The notes beneath the pieces are model-generated. The model had not been told where the DNA came from. It was given only the letters and a program-made list of their open reading frames with translations, and did no database searches. The translations under genes were made by a program, and so were the position numbers. Source: Candidatus Cloacimonadales bacterium (lineage in GTDB: Bacteria > Cloacimonadota > Cloacimonadia > Cloacimonadales > JAFGVF01). From it: a stretch of DNA of 64,000 bases. Below, piece by piece: positions 48,285 to 57,756 of the stretch (within the stretch, counting starts at the first letter, position 1; the number at the start of each line of letters is the position of its first letter). The DNA is taken from contig CAXXOU010000003.1 in the NCBI GenBank assembly GCA_963677495.2, positions 416,001-480,000 of the forward strand, given 5' to 3'.

Positions 48285-50579
48285 CTATTTCTCGGTCGGT
48301 ACTACAATTCCTTTGATAATGATGTTCTGGAAGAATATGAAGACCAGGAATGTTGGGATAGCTGCAATCACAAGTGCGGCAAAACCTACCCCCGATGCTG
48401 CTCTCTGCATAAGTTGGTATATACTCACCATCATTGTCCACATTGATTTATCCTGACAAACAATGAAGGCGAACATAAAGTTACGATAGGCAGCATTGAA
48501 AGCATTCAAAGCGATAACAGCCATAATAGGTTTCGAAAGTTGCATTGCGATTTGCCAGAAGAGACGATTCTCGCCGGCACCATCTACAGTAGCACTTTCA
48601 AACAGTTCTTGTGGAAGGGAATCAAAGAAACCTTTAAGTAGGAAAATGAAGTAACCGTCTGCAAGTCCGGGTAGGATAAGAGCCCAGAACGTGTTCAGCA
48701 TATTTAGTCGCTTCAATATAAGGAAATTGGGGATTCCCATAACCATAGGCGGGAACGCCATAGTAAGCATGAGTATCAAAATGATTTTGTATGATGACGG
48801 AAGCTTAAATCTACTCAGAGCATATGCTGCTAATGGATTAACGATGAGGGCTGTCACGATTGCGAGAGTAACATACACAAATGTGTTGAACATCGCTCTT
48901 CCGTTGTAGAGCATTTCATTGAGAACCATTGCATAATTTCTAGTGAGATGCTCTTTAAAGATAGATGATTTGTTATCTTTGAAGTTAAGATAATCGATAG
49001 TTAGCTTATCTAGATTTACCTCATTAAAGTCGGAATATGTCAGTTTATAAGTTGTGTTTAGAACATCAATATTCTGATATTGGTTTCGTAAGTAAGCCTG
49101 CCAATTCTTCTCTTCCAACTCAGCATCAACTTCAATAAAGATATTTGGTACTCCATTCTTTAGAAAGAGTAACCACTCAGATTTATAGCTAGCATTTTCA
49201 GGTACAGTATTGCTAGGATAGATATCGTGTTCTGACTTATAGTTAGTACCGTATATCTTATTCATTGTAGCTAAATCAATAGCGTTATCCTGTGACGGAA
49301 ATCTCTTTTTAAGATATTCTAAGAAACTGATTTGAGCTCGTGGATTGATTCTTATGTTTTTTTCATCAGCTACATTCTTAACAAAGTGCTCCCAATCACG
49401 AGCTCTAAAAGTATTACCTTTTGGGAACTCAGTGCTAAGGGCAACCTTGTCAAAACTTTCATATCCATTCCGGTAAGCCTGATTAAGTTCATCAATGTTT
49501 CCATACTTCTTCTGCAGCCAATCTCTATATCGGTACTCAACACCGGTAATATAGATATCAGCAGGAGAAACTATAGACTCAATGAAAAACGTCCAATCAA
49601 CCATTAAAGCTCCGGAAGTGGGAAGTTTCTCAGGTAACTCAATATCAGAGAAGCTAGCATACGAAGTGAAATATGTTCTGTTTAGAAGAGCAATATCATC
49701 GTACTTATCTTGTAAGAAGTTTTGATACTGTTTCATCGCAGAAGGCTTTACACGAAGATGATGAACATTAAGAGCTCTTTTAACAAAGTGATCCCAATAT
49801 GGCTGAAGCTCACCTTCAGGTCTATACATTGGAGTTACGAATTCAGCCCAGTTAGAAAGGCCCAATCCAAGGTTTTCATTAGTAAGGTTTATATCATTTC
49901 TAAATGCGGGAAGAAGTTCACTAGTCACAAAGAAGCCATCAATATCGGCATAAATCTTCTGCTCAATTGGAGCATCTTTGCTAAACTGGTTAAAACGGGC
50001 AGTGATACCTTTAAAGTCACCTGAGAATCCTCTTGAAAGGATCTCTTTCGTTTCAATGATGATTTCATCCCATGACTGCACGGAAGAGTTGTATGTCCTA
50101 TTATACTCTTCTAAAGAGTTGTTGTTCTCTTTCTTAACCATCTGTCTGAATTTACGGTTGTTTAAAGGTTCAATACCTCTACCGAAAGTTTCACTGAGAT
50201 AGTAATCAAACTGATCATGTTTCTCTCCTTCGAGTTCGAGGAACTCGAGCCAATCAACTCTTTTAGATTCGACAGGATTGTCTACGTCCTGAACGAACTC
50301 AAAGGAAAGAAATCTGTGACCATACACTTCATTCATAAGGTTAGTCTCTTCATTCATTCGAGACTCAACATGCTTTTTAAATAGCATCTCCTCATCGTAG
50401 AAGTACTTAGGTATTATACTAAAATTCTTAGAGTCAACATTACTCTTAAAAGATGCCGAAACCATTATCATAAAAGGATATATCATTGTAATTGCACCTA
50501 ATAGCAATATCAGGTGTATAGATCCGTTCAATGTTCTAACTTTAAATGACTTTCGACCAACTCTTCCAATAATCGGCAT
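48285..50579 (-). CDS. Carbohydrate ABC transporter permease (MalG-type) with a ~500-aa repeat-rich extracytoplasmic insert
   Basis: IYPFMIMVSASFK; AAYALSRF; EAA loop FFDSLPQELFESATVDGA; KGIV end; insert with repeats like YRDWLQKKYGNIDELNQAY. Confidence 0.85.
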   Translation of the reverse strand: MPIIGRVGRKSFKVRTLNGSIHLILLLGAITMIYPFMIMVSASFKSNVDSKNFSIIPKYFYDEEMLFKKHVESRMNEETNLMNEVYGHRFLSFEFVQDVDNPVESKRVDWLEFLELEGEKHDQFDYYLSETFGRGIEPLNNRKFRQMVKKENNNSLEEYNRTYNSSVQSWDEIIIETKEILSRGFSGDFKGITARFNQFSKDAPIEQKIYADIDGFFVTSELLPAFRNDINLTNENLGLGLSNWAEFVTPMYRPEGELQPYWDHFVKRALNVHHLRVKPSAMKQYQNFLQDKYDDIALLNRTYFTSYASFSDIELPEKLPTSGALMVDWTFFIESIVSPADIYITGVEYRYRDWLQKKYGNIDELNQAYRNGYESFDKVALSTEFPKGNTFRARDWEHFVKNVADEKNIRINPRAQISFLEYLKKRFPSQDNAIDLATMNKIYGTNYKSEHDIYPSNTVPENASYKSEWLLFLKNGVPNIFIEVDAELEEKNWQAYLRNQYQNIDVLNTTYKLTYSDFNEVNLDKLTIDYLNFKDNKSSIFKEHLTRNYAMVLNEMLYNGRAMFNTFVYVTLAIVTALIVNPLAAYALSRFKLPSSYKIILILMLTMAFPPMVMGIPNFLILKRLNMLNTFWALILPGLADGYFIFLLKGFFDSLPQELFESATVDGAGENRLFWQIAMQLSKPIMAVIALNAFNAAYRNFMFAFIVCQDKSMWTMMVSIYQLMQRAASGVGFAALVIAAIPTFLVFIFFQNIIIKGIVVPTEK

Positions 50580-50588
50580 TATCCAACC

Positions 50589-51026
50589 TTATTCTCTATT
50601 TGTTTTAAAAGATTCTCTTCCTTCTGTTTCGAAGATCTGGCTATAAAGGTAGCGATCTTCTTCGAGAATTATATCGATGAACTTTCTCATCTCCTCTTTG
50701 GTCAGCTCTGATTTCTTACCCAGTTCACTATATCTTTGTGAATTAGGTAATGAGTTTGGATAGTAATAAAGATGAACTCTTTTTTCTTTATTAAATTCCT
50801 TCTTGGTCCTACCAAATTTCTTCAAGGCTGTTTGTGGAAAATCCATCTCTTTATCAAATTCAATTAAATAAATACAAGTTTCATCACCACCATAATGGTG
50901 ATCACTTATTCCATGTACATAGAAAGGAGTTTCTAAGTTCTCATCTGAATAATATACATCTTCCTCTTTACTGCAACCTGCTAACAGGATCATAACTGCA
51001 ATGACTAATAACAAAAATCTCTTCAT
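50589..51026 (-). CDS. Hypothetical lipoprotein
   Basis: MKRFLLLVIAVMILLAGC lipobox; AGGAGG RBS (start 51032 or 51026). Confidence 0.65.
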   Translation of the reverse strand: MKRFLLLVIAVMILLAGCSKEEDVYYSDENLETPFYVHGISDHHYGGDETCIYLIEFDKEMDFPQTALKKFGRTKKEFNKEKRVHLYYYPNSLPNSQRYSELGKKSELTKEEMRKFIDIILEEDRYLYSQIFETEGRESFKTNRE

Positions 51027-51090
51027 AACCAATTCCTCCTGAATTGAATTAAAACACCATAAAAAATACGCCCGTAAATAGTTTCGATTC

Positions 51091-53550
51091 TTAGTGTTTG
51101 GATGTGTCTACTGTCTTAAATTCCATATTCTTCAACTTCTTGAGCTGAATTATTGTGAACCCCATTAACATCATTCCTAACATCCAGGCCATGGTAGTAG
51201 CAATGCCAAATTTAAGATAGAGATATGCTCTTTCGAAGATTAGCAGGTCTGCGACTTTTGTAGCTTCATTCGGGCCACCGAAAGTCATAACAAGGATAAA
51301 TCCGCTCTGTTGAGCAGATGCTATAAAAGCAGCTATAAACTGCATTATAATTAAAGCTTTCAAGCTTGGCACAACAATGTGACTCAGCTTCTGGAAGAAG
51401 TTGGCTCCATCAATATCTGCAGCATCGTAGAGATCATCCGGAATACCTTTTAAGGCTGCCAGATAGATTAGACAACCGGGCCCTACTCCTGCCCAAATGG
51501 ACGGTATCACAGTGCAAAGCATAGCCAGTGATTCATCTTTTATCCACTTACTCTTTTCCAGACCAAACCACATAAGGATCTGGTTTAGTCCCCCTGCATC
51601 AGATGGGTCATACAGAAGTTTCCAAAGGTAGATAACAATCACACCACTAACAACTGCAGGTAGGTAATAGATAACTCGATAGATAATTTTACCATGTGAA
51701 ACTTCCTGAAGCAATATTGCTAAAATGATAGGAGGACAGAATCCAAGACCAAGTGAGATAGCCATGTAGTAGAGAGTTCTTCCAAGTGATGCCCACCAAA
51801 CCGGATCGAAGAGTACATCAGCAAAGTTCTGTAAGCCAATCCACTCAGATGCTCCTACAAGTTGATAATCCTGGAAAGCCATCATTGAACCCATAAGCAC
51901 AGGTATATACTTCCAAAGGATAATTGATGCTATAGCAGGAAGAATCATTAAGTATGGCAACCATCTCATGCGGTTCTTCTTCTTAACTGTCCATGTTTTA
52001 TCAGGTGTAAAATACTTCCATATATGAATAAGACTGGCAATGAAAGCTGCAAAGATAATAATAGCAACAACTACTGCTACATTGTTTCTTCGCTTTCTCT
52101 CTTCCGGAGTGATCTTACCAATCATCTCCTTGTTAGTACGCATAGCACCCTTATCAAGGAGTTCACGAATCTTAGCTCTTTTCTCTTCCGGAGTTTTACC
52201 AAGCTGGTTATTCTCTTCAAGGGAGATACACTTTTCTACCGGTACAGTCATGAACTCATATACTTTCTGTGTGTTACGACCATACGGTTCAGGTTTACCA
52301 TTCTTGATAGCTTCTTCAAAGGTCTCAATCCAGCCTTGAGGGACATACTTCAAGTACTCATCATATCCATATCGTTTAAGATAAAGAGGGTTTTGAAGCC
52401 TACCGTAACCGGCTTCAATCATCACTTTCAATCTTATCTGCCTTGCCTCTTCACTATCGAAGAACTTGATATATTTAAAAGCAGCTTCTTTAACCTTTTG
52501 AGGGTCTCTATCACCAAGACCGGCATTGTTACTTTCTCCTGCACCTGCAAATATACCCATCATTCGACAATTAATCTCAGAACCTCTGACTCCGGTAGGT
52601 CCAATAGGGCATGGTGCTAATCCAAACAGGTTCGGATCCAGGTTACCACCAAGTGACTGTTGGTTCATATAACCCATTCGCATGCCAATTTTACCTTCAT
52701 CCCATTTACGTCCCCAATCACCGTCACGGATTACAAAACCCATCTGGGGGTTACCGGATGAATCAGTCCATCTGGTAGTGAGAAGTTTAAGATAGAATTC
52801 CATTGCCATAACACCAGCTTCAGAGTTGAAAGCAGCAAGCCACTCATCAGTCTCATGATCTTTCATAACAGCTTCTCCACCGGCACTCCACAAATAGGTT
52901 ATCCAGTCATATGCTGCTTGGGGACCTGATGCTAAGAACATTCCAAATGCTCCCTCTTCCGGGATGGTCATCTGTCGACTATAATCTAGCAGTTCATTCC
53001 AGTCTTTTGGAGGTCTAGTAGGGTCTAAGCCTACTTTTGCAAAGAAGTCCTTTCGGTACATCATAACTCTAACGAGTGTTTCGTAAGGTAAGCACCAAAA
53101 GTGTTCCTCTTTTTCACCGAACTTCTTGCGTTTTACAACCGGCATCACCGGTTTCTCAATACGAAGATTAAGCTCTTCCTCAGTAAATTGGTCCATGAAT
53201 TCATCAAGTGGATGTAAGAAGTTGCTTTCAATGTATGTGGCTGATTGTCTGAAATTAACATAAATAATGTCAGGTGAAACTCCACCTGCAATAGCCATCA
53301 GAGGACCGGCATCCAAATCCATGTTTTCTATTTTTATTCCGGAATATGACCTTAGCTCAATGTTGGGATACTTCTTCTGAAACGCTTTTACTACTTCAAG
53401 ATTTGCTTTACTATAGGGACTATTATCACGGGGATCAGGTAAATCAAACACCTTAACAATAATTTTGTCATCTGAGTTACCGGTTTCAGCGAATAGAGTT
53501 GTAAATAGTAATATTACAACCAGGGCAAGAATTGCCTTGGATATCCTCAT
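51091..53550 (-). CDS. Fused extracellular solute-binding protein + carbohydrate ABC permease (MalF-type)
   Basis: Signal peptide; SBP_bac_1-like FQKKYPNI, PDII, MMYRKDFFAKVGLDP..PPKDWNELL; permease WIGLQNF, YYLPAVVS, IYLAALKGIPDDLYDAADIDGA. Confidence 0.85.
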   Translation of the reverse strand: MRISKAILALVVILLFTTLFAETGNSDDKIIVKVFDLPDPRDNSPYSKANLEVVKAFQKKYPNIELRSYSGIKIENMDLDAGPLMAIAGGVSPDIIYVNFRQSATYIESNFLHPLDEFMDQFTEEELNLRIEKPVMPVVKRKKFGEKEEHFWCLPYETLVRVMMYRKDFFAKVGLDPTRPPKDWNELLDYSRQMTIPEEGAFGMFLASGPQAAYDWITYLWSAGGEAVMKDHETDEWLAAFNSEAGVMAMEFYLKLLTTRWTDSSGNPQMGFVIRDGDWGRKWDEGKIGMRMGYMNQQSLGGNLDPNLFGLAPCPIGPTGVRGSEINCRMMGIFAGAGESNNAGLGDRDPQKVKEAAFKYIKFFDSEEARQIRLKVMIEAGYGRLQNPLYLKRYGYDEYLKYVPQGWIETFEEAIKNGKPEPYGRNTQKVYEFMTVPVEKCISLEENNQLGKTPEEKRAKIRELLDKGAMRTNKEMIGKITPEERKRRNNVAVVVAIIIFAAFIASLIHIWKYFTPDKTWTVKKKNRMRWLPYLMILPAIASIILWKYIPVLMGSMMAFQDYQLVGASEWIGLQNFADVLFDPVWWASLGRTLYYMAISLGLGFCPPIILAILLQEVSHGKIIYRVIYYLPAVVSGVIVIYLWKLLYDPSDAGGLNQILMWFGLEKSKWIKDESLAMLCTVIPSIWAGVGPGCLIYLAALKGIPDDLYDAADIDGANFFQKLSHIVVPSLKALIIMQFIAAFIASAQQSGFILVMTFGGPNEATKVADLLIFERAYLYLKFGIATTMAWMLGMMLMGFTIIQLKKLKNMEFKTVDTSKH

Positions 53551-53819
53551 TAATAAATCCTCATCTTAAAATAGTTTAAATAAGAAGATTAAGCTCACAA
53601 TAACTGCGTCATTAAAGCTGATAATCCCCTTGTTGTTCGAAATATGTTAATTTCTTTTCATACTGTCAACTAATATCTGGGAATTGTTAAAGATAGTTTC
53701 AATACATGTCTAAATTCCAGCAACTTACATTGAAAAACAAAAATCATTGCTCCTCTTATACCACTCTTCAAGTAGACATCATCTATTTCCCCGTTAAAAT
53801 GATGTTTCACAAATTTGTG

Positions 53820-53991
53820 CCTTCTTCTTCCCTTCCAGTCCCGTGCCTACGACAAGTTTTCCAGAAATATTCAAGTTATCCACATCATGTGGATAAATAA
53901 TGCCATTCCACGAGAGGGTCACGAGAGGGTCACCTGTGGGAGACCTATGAAACACCTTTGTAATTCAGGGGAATGGAAGGGAAGTAGAAGG
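53820..53991. repeat. Inverted-repeat element with DnaA-type box pair and 11-bp periodic repeats
   Basis: CCTTCTTCTTCCCTTCCAGTCCC / GGGAATGGAAGGGAAGTAGAAGG inverted repeat; TTATCCACA-tca-TGTGGATAA at 53876-53896; CACGAGAGGGT x2 and degenerate units at 53909-53963. Confidence 0.6.
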
Positions 53992-54174
53992 AAAAAACAG
54001 TTAAGAAAAAAGTTGAGAAACAAGATTGGAACGATTTAATTTACTTGAATTTTTAGGACTACTATTGCAAAAAAGAGAGTGATGAGCCTTTAATATAGAC
54101 GATAATTGATGATAATAATTGACATAATTCCTAGAGAATTAAGATGAGATAATACAGATTAAATGGAGCTTAAA

Positions 54175-55320
54175 ATGAAAAAGACTTTAATATTTTTGCT
54201 ATTAGTGCTTAGTACAATGCTTGTCGCATTAAATAATGACAATTACATACCTAATGATGGTATTATCACTTTGAACGAGAGAACTCCTGGTGAGATGGAA
54301 GTTACTGTGCGAACTACTACACATAATGGAGCATATGCACCACGTCATTGCTTTGCTTTATGGATTACAAATGACTCTGATACATTTGTGAAAACTCTTG
54401 AACGTAAAGCTCTTAGTTATATGCAGCACCTTGTAAAGTTCAATCAAATGACCGGAGGAAATAGTGTTGGTGCCGTTACAGGAGCATCTTTGAACTACCA
54501 TACTACTCACAACTTAACATGGGATGGTAATGATTACAATGGTAATGAAGTCCCTGACGGTACTTACAGAATCTATATTGAGTTTACAGAATCTAACTCA
54601 TTGTTCGGAAATGTACCTGATGGTCCTTGGACAATGCTTGAGTTTGAAAAAGGAACTGAATCTTATGAAATCAATTCTGACATTGATACATATTTCCATG
54701 ACTTAAGTGTTGATTATACTGCTTTGCTTCCAGTTACTATGATGAATTTTGCAGCACAAGCCGAGAATGATCTTGTACGTGTTGCTTGGCAAGCTGTTGA
54801 ATCCAATTTAGCAGGTTATAACATCTATAGAAGTTTAACTGATAATATGAACGATGCTGTTGCAATCACATCGAATCTTATACCGGCGCAGAATATGGAT
54901 GTACCTGCAAACTACACTTTTGAAGATAATAACGTTGAAGCAGACAACACTTACTATTATTGGTTAGAAGCAATGGCAAATGATGCAAGTTCATACTTCT
55001 TCGGACCTGTGAGTGTACTTTATAGTCCAGTTTCAAATGATGAGAATGTGAATACAGTTTCTTTAGCCGAAGTGAACAACTACCCAAATCCTTTCAATCC
55101 AGAGACAACAATTAGCTTTAATCAAGAAGTTGCCGGCAGAGTGGTTGTAAAAGTTTACAATACAAAAGGGCAGTTGATAGAAACTATCGCAGATAGAAAC
55201 TTCCCTCAAGGTAAAAGCAGTGTTGTATTCAAAGCAGATGGAATGGCTTCAGGTGTATATTATTACAGTGTAGAATCCGGCTCAAACTTAATCTGGAACA
55301 GTATGGTTTTAGTTAAGTAA
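54175..55320 (+). CDS. Secreted DUF2271-like protein with T9SS-type CTD
   Basis: Signal peptide MKKTLIF; FALWITN...FVKTL...AVTGAS...WDG...VPDGTYRIYIEFTE; LPVTMMNF Ig segment; NYPNPFNP...ASGVYYY. Confidence 0.7.
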   Translation: MKKTLIFLLLVLSTMLVALNNDNYIPNDGIITLNERTPGEMEVTVRTTTHNGAYAPRHCFALWITNDSDTFVKTLERKALSYMQHLVKFNQMTGGNSVGAVTGASLNYHTTHNLTWDGNDYNGNEVPDGTYRIYIEFTESNSLFGNVPDGPWTMLEFEKGTESYEINSDIDTYFHDLSVDYTALLPVTMMNFAAQAENDLVRVAWQAVESNLAGYNIYRSLTDNMNDAVAITSNLIPAQNMDVPANYTFEDNNVEADNTYYYWLEAMANDASSYFFGPVSVLYSPVSNDENVNTVSLAEVNNYPNPFNPETTISFNQEVAGRVVVKVYNTKGQLIETIADRNFPQGKSSVVFKADGMASGVYYYSVESGSNLIWNSMVLVK

Positions 55321-55342
55321 ACTTAAGACATTAATCAATTTT

Positions 55343-55376
55343 GAAAGAGTTTGTTATGCAAACTCTTTCTTTTTTT
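55343..55376 (+). terminator. Intrinsic terminator
   Basis: GAAAGAGTTTG-ttatg-CAAACTCTTTC-TTTTTTT. Confidence 0.85.
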
Positions 55377-55462
55377 AAAAGTAAGTTTGCTATATGATAA
55401 AATTTATTAACATTTCCCTTGCCTTTCTGTTTTAAATTCGGGAGATTTGAATTAAATTATTT

Positions 55463-55915
55463 ATGAGAGTGAAAATGATATTAAAGTTAACAAATGAAGC
55501 GGAGACAACCAAGTTAGCAGAGCTTTCCGCTAAACTATTAAAACCCGGAGATTTAGTGTTCTTATATGGAGAACTTGGAGCCGGGAAAACATTTTATACG
55601 AGACACTTGTGTTCATTCATGGGTGTGACAGAAAACGTTAGTAGTCCATCCTATGTTTTGCTGAACCAGTATAAGGGTGAAGGATTCATGGTAAATCACC
55701 TTGATCTATACAGGTTAGGAGATGTGGATGAAGTTTTTGCTTTAGGCATTACTGATTTTTTATCAGATAATCTAACAATCGTTGAATGGCCTTTATTAGC
55801 AGAAGAGATATTACCCGAACCTGCAATAAAGCTCTCTTTCAAATATGATGGTGAGAGTCGAGAAGTTGAAATTGAAGGTAAGTACAAGACAGAATTGGAG
55901 GAGTTATGGAGCTAA
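55463..55915 (+). CDS. tsaE: tRNA threonylcarbamoyladenosine biosynthesis ATPase TsaE
   Basis: LYGELGAGKT, VSSPSY, HLDLYRL, IVEWP (start may be 55475). Confidence 0.92.
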   Translation: MRVKMILKLTNEAETTKLAELSAKLLKPGDLVFLYGELGAGKTFYTRHLCSFMGVTENVSSPSYVLLNQYKGEGFMVNHLDLYRLGDVDEVFALGITDFLSDNLTIVEWPLLAEEILPEPAIKLSFKYDGESREVEIEGKYKTELEELWS

Positions 55916-57756
55916 AAAAAGAGTTAGGGTTCTTTGAAGTTTTCAGCATAGCTTCCGGAGCTATGATAAGCTCAGGTATTTTTATTTTACCTGGTATTGC
56001 CTATCAACTTGCAGGTCCTTCGATATTTATCTCTTACTTTCTTGCAGGTCTTCTTGCGATGACAGGTGTTTTTAGTATCGCAGAACTGGCTACTGCAATG
56101 CCTAAAGCCGGAGGAGACTATTTCTTTATAACTAGAAGTCTTGGGGCATCTGTTGGTACAGTTTCAGGTCTTTTAAGTTGGTTTGCCCTATCCCTAAAAA
56201 GTGCCTTTGGTATTATCGGTATTGTTTTCGTTCTAAAGATGATTGTACCGGGAATTAATCCTCAATTGTTCAGTGTCATCTTTGCTGCGGGATTCGTTGG
56301 ATTAAATCTCGTCGGTGTTAAAGAAGCCGGGAAGTTCCAGGCAATACTTGTTGTTTGCTTGTTCCTGTTGATGCTAACATATATCTTGGCAGGTCTAGGT
56401 AAAATTAATGTAGAGAACTTTGTACCATTCACTCCTGTTGGGAAAGGTTATAGTACAATATTCTCCACTGCAGGATTCGTATTTGTATCATATGGTGGTC
56501 TTTTGAAAATCGCTAGTATGAGTGAAGAGATTAAAGACCCTAAAAAGAACATACCATTCGCTTTAATCAGCTCATTGGTTGTGGCAATAATCCTTTATTC
56601 TTTCATGCTTCTTATAACTGTTGGTGTTATGGGTGATAAACTTATTCTTCCTGAAAACATCGAAACACCGATAGCTCAAGCATCCAGAATGATTCTGGGT
56701 AACTTTGGTTATTGGGCTATCACAGTTGCATCTATGCTCGCCTTTATTACAACTGCTAATGCAGGTATTATGGCAGCTTCAAGATATCCTCTTGCTTTAG
56801 GAAGAGATGAACTTGTGCCTAAATTCTTAGCTAAAACTGATAAGCGAAGTGCTCCTTATGTTTCAATTATCATTACCGGTGCTTTCATTGTCTTAGCATT
56901 ATTAGTTGACCTGAATATTCTTGTAAAAGCAGCTTCGACAGTGATTATTATGAACTATATACTCTCCCATATATCTGTAATGATATTAAGAGAGAGTAGA
57001 ATGCAGAACTATAAGCCAAGCTTTAAGTCACCACTATATCCATGGGTACAGTTTATCGGGATTATAGCCTTTATCTTGCTTATTGGTGATATGGGTTCAA
57101 AAGCGATTCTCATTAGTGTCGGCTTAATAGTAATTGGTTTCATCATATATATGGCGTATGGAAGAAAACGTTCTAATCAAGAGTATGCTTTATTGCATCT
57201 TGCTGAACGCATGATGAATAAGAAGCTGACAAGTTATAACCTTGAATCTGAGCTTAAAGAGATACTTTATCAGCGAGATGAAATTGATAAAGATAGCTTT
57301 GATTACCTTGTGGAGAACTCATTAGTAATGGATATTGATGAAAAACTCAATGTTGATGAGTTGTTTAAAAAGATATCGCAGAAAATGAGTGAACATATGA
57401 AGCTTGAAGAGAGTGTAGTGCTAAAATCACTTAATGAACGAGAAGCACAAAGCCCAACAGCATTGACTCCGTTCTTGGCAGTTCCTCACCTTATTCTTGA
57501 GGGAGAAAACAGGTTCCAGATAATGCTGATAAGAACAAAGAACGGTACTAACTACTCTGAAATGTATGGAGAGGTCAAAGCCATTTTCGTCCTTGCCGGT
57601 ACAATGGATAGAAGAAATCAACATCTTCGAGCCCTTGCTTCAATAGCTCAGGTTGTACATCATAAAGACTTTGAAGAGCGTTGGCTTGCTGCTCGAGGAA
57701 CTCAGGAAATAAAAGATCTCGTTCTTCTAAGTGAACGAAATAGGAAAGGTGTATAA
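55906..57756 (+). CDS. APC-family amino acid permease fused to a PTS EIIA-like domain
   Basis: GAMISSGIFILPG, ELATAMPKAGGDY, SEEIKDPKKNIP; C-terminal LNEREAQSPTA...AVPH...HLRALASIA. Confidence 0.85.
   Translation: MELKKELGFFEVFSIASGAMISSGIFILPGIAYQLAGPSIFISYFLAGLLAMTGVFSIAELATAMPKAGGDYFFITRSLGASVGTVSGLLSWFALSLKSAFGIIGIVFVLKMIVPGINPQLFSVIFAAGFVGLNLVGVKEAGKFQAILVVCLFLLMLTYILAGLGKINVENFVPFTPVGKGYSTIFSTAGFVFVSYGGLLKIASMSEEIKDPKKNIPFALISSLVVAIILYSFMLLITVGVMGDKLILPENIETPIAQASRMILGNFGYWAITVASMLAFITTANAGIMAASRYPLALGRDELVPKFLAKTDKRSAPYVSIIITGAFIVLALLVDLNILVKAASTVIIMNYILSHISVMILRESRMQNYKPSFKSPLYPWVQFIGIIAFILLIGDMGSKAILISVGLIVIGFIIYMAYGRKRSNQEYALLHLAERMMNKKLTSYNLESELKEILYQRDEIDKDSFDYLVENSLVMDIDEKLNVDELFKKISQKMSEHMKLEESVVLKSLNEREAQSPTALTPFLAVPHLILEGENRFQIMLIRTKNGTNYSEMYGEVKAIFVLAGTMDRRNQHLRALASIAQVVHHKDFEERWLAARGTQEIKDLVLLSERNRKGV

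Noticed and set aside
52024..52620. 198-aa + strand ORF and the many other short antisense ORFs in the track
   Set aside because: They lie opposite well-supported genes and have no RBS or recognisable motifs.
53560..54160. Replication origin (oriC)
   Set aside because: Only one DnaA-box pair, no dnaA/dnaN/gidA-type neighbours, and an equivalent pair occurs at 14709 in a similar repeat element.
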